A DNA stretch of 64,000 nucleotides from an uncultured Candidatus Saccharibacteria bacterium (GCA_964630185.1 CAZVTQ010000003.1:109175-173174), one strand, 5' to 3'; positions 19,043 through 27,827 are shown, counted from the first letter of the stretch. Notes: a model not told the origin generated them from the letters alone. A program made the numbers and translations.

Positions 19043-19215
19043 ATATATAATTTCTAGGTATTTTTATTCGTCACTAAGTGGCGCTTTTTTATGTTTTCTA
19101 AACTTTCGCCGTTTACGGCTCATCAGTATAGCTTAAAATCTATAGAGTTTAGCGGGAGTGCGTGCTGGATTGCACGCACTCCCTAAGGGTAAAGCACCCC
19201 TGGGCTGTGGTTTGA

Positions 19216-20538
19216 CTAGGCGTTCAGCGCCGGCGTTGCCGGAACGGACGTGGTGATCTGCGGCGGCGTTGTTGCTGCCTCGATGACCTGGTCGATGACC
19301 ACTTCGTCGATCTTCCTGTGAGTGTTCGCCAGCTGCTGCTGGGCAGCCACCATGGCCGCATCCAGTTCGTCTCGCTTGCGTTCGCCTTCCTGGTACTCGC
19401 GCAGAACACCGTCTGCAGCCTGTGCCAACGAGTCGGCAACGACTGAGAGTGTTTCGGGTGTGAACGTCGGAGCCTGGATGGCGCGTTCGATGGCGGGCAT
19501 CGTCTCCGCACCAGCCTTGAAGAACTCCTGCGTCCACTGGTTGGCAGTTGCCTGAACCGCCTCACTCATCTTGCCGGCGTCCTGGGTTTGCACCATCATG
19601 CGCCACTGCACCAGCAATGACTTCATGGTGGGAACAGTGACGTTGACCATCTCACCGAGCTTGGCCGACATGCCGAGGTCCAGATTGCGCATCATGCGCG
19701 TCTGAGGAGCAGTCGCCCATGCGATGAACAGTCGTCCCTTGTACTCGCCGATCTTGGCCTTCATGCTCGTGATCAGGTCGGCACGCTTTTGGCGCTCTTC
19801 CTGACCGCGATCACCGAGGTTGGCGTCGCCGACCTCGATGGAGTCCGCGTCCTTGGCAGCTACATCGACGATCATCTCCATGACGGCGATGACGTAGATG
19901 AGCTTGGCGATCTCCTTCTCGTTTTCCGTGTAGATCGTGTCGAGGAAAGCGACGTTGCGGGACATGTCCGCCTGGCTTCCTGCCAGGTCGGCCGAGATCC
20001 TGTCGAGCTGCTTCTCGATGTCGGTGAAATCCGACCGAAGCACCTCGATGAAGGTACGGCCACGACGGAAGAATCCCTTGACCTTGTTGGCACCGTTGGT
20101 CCACTTTTCGTAGTCCTTCCGAACCTTGGGGTCGCTCATGTCGTACTTCTTCTTGATGCCGAGCATCGTGACGTTGAGCTCTTTCATGAGCCCGTTGAGC
20201 TCAGGGATCTTGGTGGGCTCCACCTCATTGAGGAGGCGCTCGACAAGAACATTGACGTCCTTGAGGGCATCTGTGCCGTAGTACATGATGACCTGAGTGT
20301 CGGTCAGCATCTCCCTGTAGATCTTCTCTGCCTCTGCCTCTGCCTGCCTCTTGGTTTCACCCTCGAGCAGGTTCTTGCAGACGAGACCCTGGCGGCCTTC
20401 CGATGTCTTGGCAATGACTGCCAGACTTGTCTCTGCGGGCCCCTCTACAGGTACCGCAGTCGCCTCAAGCACAGATGACTGAGCAGGAGGAGTTGCAGTT
20501 GCTACCGGAGCAGCAATCTGAATGTTTGAGTCCGTCAT
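19216..20538 (-). CDS. telA: TelA/KlaA-family toxic-anion-resistance protein
   Basis: 440 aa, all-helical. The region YYGTDALKDVNVLVERLLNEV...LNGLMKELN and the overall length match TelA (YceH-like) proteins. A hairpin (GGGAGTGCGTGC/GCACGCACTCCC) follows at about 19152-19185. Confidence 0.8.
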   Translation of the reverse strand: MTDSNIQIAAPVATATPPAQSSVLEATAVPVEGPAETSLAVIAKTSEGRQGLVCKNLLEGETKRQAEAEAEKIYREMLTDTQVIMYYGTDALKDVNVLVERLLNEVEPTKIPELNGLMKELNVTMLGIKKKYDMSDPKVRKDYEKWTNGANKVKGFFRRGRTFIEVLRSDFTDIEKQLDRISADLAGSQADMSRNVAFLDTIYTENEKEIAKLIYVIAVMEMIVDVAAKDADSIEVGDANLGDRGQEERQKRADLITSMKAKIGEYKGRLFIAWATAPQTRMMRNLDLGMSAKLGEMVNVTVPTMKSLLVQWRMMVQTQDAGKMSEAVQATANQWTQEFFKAGAETMPAIERAIQAPTFTPETLSVVADSLAQAADGVLREYQEGERKRDELDAAMVAAQQQLANTHRKIDEVVIDQVIEAATTPPQITTSVPATPALNA

Positions 20539-20568
20539 GTGCGGACCTCCTTCTTCGTGTTGTCTGAT

Positions 20569-21015
20569 TTACAGATGTTGCGCAGACAGAATCTGCGTGT
20601 CTACTTTGAAGTTGATCAGGTCGGCCTTTTTAGACGCCCCTGCTCCACCTCTGAACAACTGTCGTGCAAAACCTTGCACGGACTGCTGCCCTCGGTCCAG
20701 AAATTCCCTCGCGTCTTCATAGGCGTCCGGGTTGTTCTGGATTGTCACGTATTCATCGATGACACGCAAAACTGTTTCCAGTTGTTTTTGAAACGTTGCT
20801 ACTTCGGCGCCTCCAGGAGGACCATTGGAGCCACGTTTTGACAAACAACTTTCACCGTCTTGCGCTATTCGCGTCAGCACTACTTTGATTCGAGGATTGT
20901 TGACACGAAGTCGTGTCATACCCACCTGCTCGAGAAGATCCCGAACATGATCGATGGAGTATTTTTCCTCCCCAACTTCCGGTAGATCAGGTGTTTGCCT
21001 GTCAAACCATGCCAC
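20569..21015 (-). CDS. Hypothetical protein (148 aa) immediately upstream of telA
   Basis: Same strand as telA with a 30-nt gap. No TM segment. No family recognised. Confidence 0.5.
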   Translation of the reverse strand: MAWFDRQTPDLPEVGEEKYSIDHVRDLLEQVGMTRLRVNNPRIKVVLTRIAQDGESCLSKRGSNGPPGGAEVATFQKQLETVLRVIDEYVTIQNNPDAYEDAREFLDRGQQSVQGFARQLFRGGAGASKKADLINFKVDTQILSAQHL

Positions 21016-21259
21016 TTGAGCCTCCCTTCAACCTTGGGCTTTGTAAGTGTATGTTAATTTGCTGGTTGAACTTAGCTTATAATAACATTTTGAAATAGAT
21101 GAGTCAATACTTTGACTACTGTAAAATATGTTAATTTTATTGTTGTCTAACACTTGTAATATATGTAGTTTTATGATATTATAAACAAACTGTACAGATA
21201 AGTTCTGTACGCACCTTAACAGTGTGAGTAAACTTCTACCCTCCTAACAAAGGACATGA

Positions 21260-22309
21260 ATGAAGCATTACAGGATCGATATTGCAATTACAGCGATTGT
21301 TTTCGCTGCGATTGCGGTTTTCGTTGAACCGGCCGCAATGATCCCTCTGGGGATTTTGGCTGTGCTGGAGGTCTCGTTGTCCTTTGACAACGCGGTCGTC
21401 AACGCCAGCGTGCTCAAGCACATGAGTGAATGGTGGCAGAAGATCTTCATGACGGTCGGCATCTTGATTGCTGTTGCTGGAATGAGGCTTTTGTTTCCTA
21501 TCCTCATCGTTGTTGTCACGGCACACCTCAGTTTTTCGGAGGTTGTAAGCCTGGCGCTCAACGATGTCGACACCTATGCGGCTCGCTTGCATGATGCACA
21601 TGCAGAAATCGCCATGCTCGGCGGCATTTTCCTGATGATGGTCTTTTTGAACTTCATGTTTGAAGATCGAGAGACTAAATGGCTGGGACCCCTCGAAAGG
21701 GTTTTGGCTCGGGCTGGCCGCTTCGACACGCTTTCAGCCGCGATCGCATTGATTGTGATCTTGGTTATCAGTGCGTTGGTGCCGAAGGCTGAACAGGTGC
21801 CTGTGCTTGTCACGGGTGTCATCAGTCTTGCGATGTATCTGGTTCTCGACATCTTCGCCTCTGCTTTCGAGCAAGAGGATGAAGACCTCGACGAAGGATC
21901 GTCGCTTGTACCTCGAATTGGCATGGCAGCATTTGCGTTGTTCATGTATCTCGAGTTCCAGGATGCGTCGTTCAGTTTTGACGGCGTTACAGGGGCGTTC
22001 GCTATCACCAACAACGTTGTGTTGATTGCGGCTGGTCTCGGTATCGGAGCGCTTTTTGTGCGGTCTATGACCGTTCATTTGCTCCGTACCAATAAGCTCA
22101 CTGAGTTCAAGTATCTTGAGCACGGTGCGCACTGGGCGATTGGCACGCTTTCGGCCTGTCTGCTTGCCGGCGTCTTCATCAATATCTCTGAGTACATCAC
22201 GGGTCTCATCGGTGTTTCTTTCATCGGTGCGGCTATTTGGCACTCAAAGAGGGAGACAAAGCAGGAAGAAGCTCAGACTCTCGCTACCTCACAGGTAGCG
22301 ACCGAGTAG
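21260..22309 (+). CDS. TerC-superfamily integral membrane protein (DUF475-like)
   Basis: About 9 TM segments. Signature LEVSLSFDNAVVNASVL and a second repeat FSFDGVTGAFAITNN. A hairpin (CTTCGGGTG...CACCCGAAG) follows. Confidence 0.75.
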   Translation: MKHYRIDIAITAIVFAAIAVFVEPAAMIPLGILAVLEVSLSFDNAVVNASVLKHMSEWWQKIFMTVGILIAVAGMRLLFPILIVVVTAHLSFSEVVSLALNDVDTYAARLHDAHAEIAMLGGIFLMMVFLNFMFEDRETKWLGPLERVLARAGRFDTLSAAIALIVILVISALVPKAEQVPVLVTGVISLAMYLVLDIFASAFEQEDEDLDEGSSLVPRIGMAAFALFMYLEFQDASFSFDGVTGAFAITNNVVLIAAGLGIGALFVRSMTVHLLRTNKLTEFKYLEHGAHWAIGTLSACLLAGVFINISEYITGLIGVSFIGAAIWHSKRETKQEEAQTLATSQVATE

Positions 22310-22423
22310 TAGCTCCGCTGCGTTAAACCTTCGGGTGGCTTTGCTTAGGCAGAGTCACCCGAAGTTACGCTTTACTCACACTGTTAATTTATTTCACTGA
22401 ACTATAACCAATAAGAAAACTAT

Positions 22424-23269
22424 ATGAATATTCCAAGGCTTTCGACAATTGAAATTACTCCCCTCTCTGACGACGAGTTTATTCATGCTGATGGAAGCAC
22501 TTTTGATGTTATTGAGTATAGTTTGATGAAATATGGTGACTCATACACTGCATGGCAGTATGGACAAGAGGTAGCTGAAGCTGCAATCGAACAGACCAGC
22601 GAACAACTTTCTCAGCCAGATGTGTTGATAACTGTTCCAGCATGTGTATATTCGCCAAAACCAGCTTTTGCCATTGCTCGAGCTATGGCTGTAGGTGTTA
22701 ATGAATGGCGAATTGAGCAAGGACTTCAACCTGCAAAAATGCTACGAATGTACAGCGAGGCTATGGGCGACCCAAACTATGCTCAGTCAAACTTAGAAGA
22801 TCGCCAAAAAGATAGATTTGGACAAGTGAAACAGCGACATATTCCACCAAGTCTTGTGAAAGACGCCGTTATATTTGCAGTCGATGACTGTGTCATAACA
22901 GGTTCAACTGAGCAGTCTCAATACGAAATACTAGCACCACATGGTCCAGCTGAATTTATTTCTGCGCCGGCAATTGTGGTTGATCCTGAACAGGCCAAGC
23001 TTTTCCCGGGCATTGAGCATGTTATGAATACCGCAGCAAACCCTAGTTTAGAAACTGTTGCTGAGCTTATCGACAAAGATACATTCATGCTTAATTCACG
23101 TGTTCTAAAACTGATTGTTGGTCACGAAGACAAAGAAGAACTAGAAACTTTTCTAGATGACTGTTCCTGGTCGCTTATCAGTGAAATGTATGAAGCATGC
23201 ACCAACTCAACACTAGAGTTCGTGGAAGAATATGCCGAGTCAATAGTTTTATTGCAAAACAGGCTGTAA
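22424..23269 (+). CDS. Ter-cluster-type phosphoribosyltransferase-fold protein (paralog 1)
   Basis: PRPP-loop-like AVIFAVDDCVITGSTEQ. N-terminal Y-KYGD motif (YSLMKYGDS) shared with the next two ORFs. Confidence 0.65.
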   Translation: MNIPRLSTIEITPLSDDEFIHADGSTFDVIEYSLMKYGDSYTAWQYGQEVAEAAIEQTSEQLSQPDVLITVPACVYSPKPAFAIARAMAVGVNEWRIEQGLQPAKMLRMYSEAMGDPNYAQSNLEDRQKDRFGQVKQRHIPPSLVKDAVIFAVDDCVITGSTEQSQYEILAPHGPAEFISAPAIVVDPEQAKLFPGIEHVMNTAANPSLETVAELIDKDTFMLNSRVLKLIVGHEDKEELETFLDDCSWSLISEMYEACTNSTLEFVEEYAESIVLLQNRL

Positions 23270-24133
23270 CTAAGCAGCAATAGCTGCTGCTGTCGTCCGC
23301 TTGTTGTACGCATCTCTGAAGGCTGCAACACCCTCTTTGTAAGCATCCATAGATCCAAGCTCATCGCCCTCTATATACTCTCGAATAGTTTCGAGTGTTT
23401 CTTCATTTATGCTCTGACAAAATGCTTGTATTTCGCTTTCGCTACTCGAAACTAACATTTTACATATACGTGCGTTTGGCACGAAATTGCCGGTGTCATG
23501 TGAAAGCTGTGCTACAGATGACAATGAGCGTATTGCACAATGATTAATCGCAGATTCTACGCGTGGGTCGGTGCTGTTTTCTTCAACGGTCAGTATGTAG
23601 GCATATGTAAGAGGTATTTCAGATAAGCCTGAACGGATAAATAGCCTATGCAAAAGGCGCTCATGTGAGCCAGTTACCAGTATGTCATCGAGCGCTATGA
23701 TGCCGTCTACTGACATGTCAAAATCGTAAGGCATTTGCAGCCCGTTGCGCTCCATGATGTTCTCACGCTCCTCAACACTCATGAGTGCGTAGTCGCCTTG
23801 AGCTAGGTTTTTACGATCTATTTTGAAAGGTTCAAAATTTGCTTGTGGCACAGTTTCTTGCAGTCTTTGTACGAACGAGCCTAACATCGAGTTTGATGCA
23901 GGTGGTGCAACTTTATAGGCAGACGAAGTTACTGCATAGTTCCCGTCCTCTACGATGCTTTGTTTCGCTATTTTGTCGGCTAATGCTTCGCCATATCTCG
24001 AAGCAACATCGCCGTCGCCATATTTAAACCGACTATACTCAACTGGACATACGTCACCGTCTAGTGTTGTTGGCTGTCCATGGGCAGTACCCTGTACTTG
24101 GTCTAGCCACACTCTTTTCACTTCACCAGTCAT
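23270..24133 (-). CDS. Ter-cluster-type phosphoribosyltransferase-fold protein (paralog 2)
   Basis: GIIALDDILVTGSHER and YSRFKYGDGD. Confidence 0.65.
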   Translation of the reverse strand: MTGEVKRVWLDQVQGTAHGQPTTLDGDVCPVEYSRFKYGDGDVASRYGEALADKIAKQSIVEDGNYAVTSSAYKVAPPASNSMLGSFVQRLQETVPQANFEPFKIDRKNLAQGDYALMSVEERENIMERNGLQMPYDFDMSVDGIIALDDILVTGSHERLLHRLFIRSGLSEIPLTYAYILTVEENSTDPRVESAINHCAIRSLSSVAQLSHDTGNFVPNARICKMLVSSSESEIQAFCQSINEETLETIREYIEGDELGSMDAYKEGVAAFRDAYNKRTTAAAIAA

Positions 24134-24135
24134 TA

Positions 24136-25008
24136 TTAATTACCTCGCTTTAGCAATACGTGCTGAGCTACCTGTTGATAGCCTGTTTTATACTTTTGTA
24201 AAAAATCCGGTCCGGTAGCCACTGCTCCACGTGATACAGCCTCTATCTGTTCGTTCGACATTACATTCATTAACTGATCTAAATCTTCACTTGAAGCACT
24301 CAAAATCATTTTCATAGTACGTATATTTAAGTCGAAACCATCGCTACTTGCAATAAGTTCAATCAAATCACCTGCTTTTGAAATTGCAGTTTCGTTAATA
24401 TCTGACTCTACATGTGGTGAGTTATAAGCTTGGCTGCTGTCAAAAACGGCTACGTAGCCTAGTAAAACAGATGTTGGTGTTTGTTTTTCTGCACGCAGAA
24501 CTTCCAAAATACGTCTTTCGGCGCCGCCGGATATACGAATATCATCAAGCACTACAACTGGACGATCGTCGACTCGTTTACCTCTAAGACTGAAGTCTAT
24601 TGCCGCAAGTTCTGCTTCTCGGTCTTCCACTGAAGCTTTTGAATAGTCGGTATTAGTGACATTTTCCTTGTGTACCTTGAATATTTCTACTGGTTCTAAG
24701 TCAGCTTGAACCCTTATGCGGTTAACAAGGTCAACGCAGTACTGAGAAAGATATCCGCAAGCTGGCTGTACGACTTTGTATGCAACTAAAAATGCTGGCG
24801 GCGTCTCATCTTCGAAAATGTGAGGAGCTTCTTGGTGCGCGGCTAGTGCTATCTCTTCGGCAAAGTGTTTTGTATCTTTACGACTACCGTATTTCATACG
24901 GCTGTATGCTGCTGCATCAAATTCTTTACCGTTTGCATCGACTATGTCCCCGTCAGAGGCATATTCAAGATGATGAACAGCTACAGTTTGCTTCATAGTA
25001 TCGATCAT
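24136..25008 (-). CDS. Ter-cluster-type phosphoribosyltransferase-fold protein (paralog 3)
   Basis: PVVVLDDIRISGGAER and YSRMKYGSRKD. Confidence 0.65.
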   Translation of the reverse strand: MIDTMKQTVAVHHLEYASDGDIVDANGKEFDAAAYSRMKYGSRKDTKHFAEEIALAAHQEAPHIFEDETPPAFLVAYKVVQPACGYLSQYCVDLVNRIRVQADLEPVEIFKVHKENVTNTDYSKASVEDREAELAAIDFSLRGKRVDDRPVVVLDDIRISGGAERRILEVLRAEKQTPTSVLLGYVAVFDSSQAYNSPHVESDINETAISKAGDLIELIASSDGFDLNIRTMKMILSASSEDLDQLMNVMSNEQIEAVSRGAVATGPDFLQKYKTGYQQVAQHVLLKRGN

Positions 25009-25715
25009 TACAACAAACCTTTCTCGTGCGCTTCGGCTATAGTTTTAGCTGTTACTATGTCAGTTTGTACAGGCTCGGAGGCTATATGTACTGCTTTCAT
25101 TCCTACCGCGTTCGCCCCGTGGTAATCAGCAGTTAAGTTGTCGCCAACGTGGGTAATTTCGCTGAACTCTCTATCTAAAAGTGTTGCCATATGTCCAAAT
25201 ATTTTAGGGTGTGGCTTTGCTGCTCCAACTTCATTTGAAAATACTTGTAGGTTTGTTTTATCTAAGATACCAATTGATTTCAAAGCTTGGCGCATGTATT
25301 CACCATTTATAAGGCCGGTGTTGCTTGTGAGAACAATGTCACGTTCAGCGGCAATATTGTCTAGAGTTTCAATAAGGTCTGGCTCTTGATGTTCTGGCAA
25401 GTAGTCCAAAAATAGTCCCTGTATACCCTCGGCGAGCTCGGCAATAGCTTTCTGCCCTAACTTTACTCCTAGTGCATCGCAGAGGAATTGCAATCTCTCG
25501 TTTGGTCCAAATTGCAAACCTAGTTCATCGGCTGTATCGTCACAGAGCTTATCGACTTTGTGAAGCGCTTCACCGGTTTCAGTTACATCGGTACCAAAAC
25601 GATTCGCAACAAAACTATTACGCATTGATTTGTGCGAAGGATTTCTAGCTATCAACGTCTTCCAGACATCGAGGCTGACCGCTTGTTTTGTTACTTCTTT
25701 ACTCATATAAAACAA
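25008..25715 (-). CDS. HAD-superfamily hydrolase with atypical motif I
   Basis: Motif II LTSNTG; motif IV HVGDNLTADYHGANAVGM. Motif I reads SLDVWKT, so the second Asp of DxDxT is replaced by Trp. The stop overlaps the start of PRTase paralog 3. Confidence 0.65.
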   Translation of the reverse strand: MFYMSKEVTKQAVSLDVWKTLIARNPSHKSMRNSFVANRFGTDVTETGEALHKVDKLCDDTADELGLQFGPNERLQFLCDALGVKLGQKAIAELAEGIQGLFLDYLPEHQEPDLIETLDNIAAERDIVLTSNTGLINGEYMRQALKSIGILDKTNLQVFSNEVGAAKPHPKIFGHMATLLDREFSEITHVGDNLTADYHGANAVGMKAVHIASEPVQTDIVTAKTIAEAHEKGLL

Positions 25716-25772
25716 TAATTCTTAATTATTTGAACTATAATACCATAAATATGAAGTAAAATCAATAACTAC

Positions 25773-26222
25773 CTAAAGAGTTGACGAGTGTAATTCTTGT
25801 TCTAGTTCAAGAAGTTCTTCGTCGTCTGGTTCAAGAGTTTCATCTTCGCTCACTATTTCATCGACAGGCTCCATTTCGTCCTCGTTTGGAAAAGGAAAAA
25901 CAATATCAAATAGCCCCATAGCGTGCGCCCTGTGCATGATATCAATCTCGTCTATTTCTTCATGTCTCCGTGTAGGTCCTGTACCCCATAACATTCGTAC
26001 AGATTTTACAAAATCGAGTGGTTCAGTTTTGTGACGGGCAATATCAAGAAGTATTCCCTCTCGGCGTAAACCATGTGAAAAAGCCTTAGCCACTAGGTAT
26101 CGAGCAGCTACAGCACTCGCCCCTTCGAGGCTTAGTTCTACGTCGGGTTTCTCAGGATCAACAAAAAATACTTCTGCAAGCTCTATCGGTTCGTTTGTTT
26201 TTTGCTCAATTACCTCAGTCAT
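25773..26222 (-). CDS. Hypothetical protein with a very acidic C-terminus (149 aa), first gene of the HAD-PRTase transcription unit
   Basis: Clean ORF. The C-terminus is DEMEPVDEIVSEDETLEPDDEELLELEQE. No family recognised. Confidence 0.5.
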   Translation of the reverse strand: MTEVIEQKTNEPIELAEVFFVDPEKPDVELSLEGASAVAARYLVAKAFSHGLRREGILLDIARHKTEPLDFVKSVRMLWGTGPTRRHEEIDEIDIMHRAHAMGLFDIVFPFPNEDEMEPVDEIVSEDETLEPDDEELLELEQELHSSTL

Positions 26223-26352
26223 ATTAGATGTACTCTACCATGATTATGTACTTTACTCAAGAAGTCATATGTTTTACAAAATGAAAAAGGCGTCACAATG
26301 TTATGAGATCGAAATCTCACACATGTGACGCCTTTGCACTTTCTTGCTCGGC

Positions 26353-26745
26353 TTATGCCTTGTAGCCTCGGTAATTCCATCCCCAAGGCCACTTGATGTT
26401 CACTGCTCCGTCTGGCCGTAGCCAAACGTAGAAATGATCGCCCAATCCTGCGCCGACATCAATGATGTTGTTGACGCCGTCAAGCTCTGCGGGATCTAGG
26501 TCGCCGCACCAGCTGTCGCAATTGAAGCGCACAGAACTATCACCGTCGTAGGTAATCTTCCATGTTTCTGTCACCTTTCCGACTTGATGGGTTAAGACAA
26601 ATGTCTCGCCAGCGGGAAGCATCACCTTATTGTCGCCAATAACGTGAACACCCTGGGTACTTCTGGGGAGACTACTCTCCACCAAAAAGACAATCCCGAT
26701 GATCGCCGCAATGACTGCGCAAACGGCAAGTACGACCTTGAGCAT
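26353..26745 (-). CDS. Hypothetical small secreted or membrane-anchored protein
   Basis: N-terminal signal/anchor MLKVVLAVCAVIAAIIGIVFLV. GC-elevated. Promoter cassette upstream at 26881-26903. Confidence 0.5.
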   Translation of the reverse strand: MLKVVLAVCAVIAAIIGIVFLVESSLPRSTQGVHVIGDNKVMLPAGETFVLTHQVGKVTETWKITYDGDSSVRFNCDSWCGDLDPAELDGVNNIIDVGAGLGDHFYVWLRPDGAVNIKWPWGWNYRGYKA

Positions 26746-26962
26746 TTCTTCTCCTCGTTTTAGTTGAACAATTCCGCTCTATATAGTCACGAATATCGTT
26801 CCTGAATATGTAGAGCGGTTGTTCCGAGGATAGTGTTTTGAAAGTGCATGCATTCTCAGAGTGACTCGATGAGAATACTAAGTATTATTATAGCATAAAT
26901 ATATAAAAATGTAAAACCCGCCCTCCTAGCATAAGTTCTACACTAGGTAAGGACGGGGTTTG

Positions 26963-27541
26963 CTACTCACGTGGGTAGCTGGAGCCTTTAGGGTATTGAT
27001 CGAAGACGTTGCTGTCGAAATGCAACCAGCCTGTATGGCATTGGTCGTATTCCTGACAGTTACGCAGTAGAATTGCCCAATCATCTGGTACGAACATAGG
27101 TGTGCACACCTTTGAGCAGACCATGACAGTGTGCTCAGGAGTGAAATCCTGAGCTACTACTTGACCGCTGTTTATACGGTACGGGTTGTCGTCGATCAGC
27201 TTTAGGACTGGCATTACAAGCAGCGCTAACGTTGCACATAGAACGACCATCACTGACGCCAAGGAGGTGAAGTAAGTGTCATTCATCATCATGTACATGA
27301 GGAAGCAAAACATACCCACTCCTATCGCTAGTCCTATCCACCAAATTGTCTTTGGCGGTGTAAAAGCGGTCCACATGAGCCAACAGCTGGCGACAGTCAT
27401 TGCAGTGATGGCGATCAGAGTTGTTATTTCCCAGAAACGCGATTTGCGACCAAAGGTGGTGTCTTCGAAAAGATCTGCCTTCAGAGCCAGAAAGCTCACC
27501 GCTAGGACAGCTGCGCTCAGACAAACAGAGAGAGTTCTCAT
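26963..27541 (-). CDS. Hypothetical 4-TM membrane protein with a Cys/His-rich C-terminal domain
   Basis: Start moved to the ATG at 27541 (AAAGGAG upstream). Promoter cassette upstream at 27602-27625. Confidence 0.5.
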   Translation of the reverse strand: MRTLSVCLSAAVLAVSFLALKADLFEDTTFGRKSRFWEITTLIAITAMTVASCWLMWTAFTPPKTIWWIGLAIGVGMFCFLMYMMMNDTYFTSLASVMVVLCATLALLVMPVLKLIDDNPYRINSGQVVAQDFTPEHTVMVCSKVCTPMFVPDDWAILLRNCQEYDQCHTGWLHFDSNVFDQYPKGSSYPRE

Positions 27542-27827
27542 TTGAGCTCCTTTAAGGTACGTGCGGGTCTGCCGCAACAGATCATTCCGAATGGGATTGA
27601 TAACTAATATTATAGCATAAATATGTTGAATAAGCAACTGTAGTAGGGTTTGTATTCACTTGGTGATCTCGGAGGTCCAACGCTTTGATTGTATAGCTAT
27701 GCTAGCTCTACAATCAGCTATATTCTGTCAAATCAATAGATTATGACAGAATTCGAACCCCTTCGTTGTTCCATTTCTACTAGAAATGACCATAAAAAAA
27801 GTCCATCGCAAGGATGAACTGTTTTTA

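Noticed and set aside
19133-22309. Many long overlapping or antisense ORFs in the track: 19133-19537, 19224-19565, 19789-20478 (229 aa), 19811-20104, 21236-21601, 21574-22014, 21734-22243 and others. The same applies to 16191-16700 and 18387-18805.
   Set aside because: They lie in the high-GC TerD, vWA, TelA and TerC genes, where stop codons are rare in all frames. Their translations are Arg/Pro/Ser-rich low-complexity sequence. Each overlaps a gene with clear family motifs.
27655-27685. TGGTGATCTCGGAGG, a partial copy of the tRNA-Glu 3' end (TGGTGATCCCACGGGG), considered as an att-type direct repeat.
   Set aside because: Only about 8-9 nt are identical, which is expected by chance about once in 64 kb. 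It lies 150 nt from the tRNA with nothing island-like between, and there is no integrase.
27730-27790. A GGGGTTCGAATTC segment suggesting a second tRNA or tRNA fragment.
   Set aside because: No complementary T-stem, acceptor stem or anticodon arm can be drawn. The sequence instead forms the TTCTGTC/GACAGAA hairpin.
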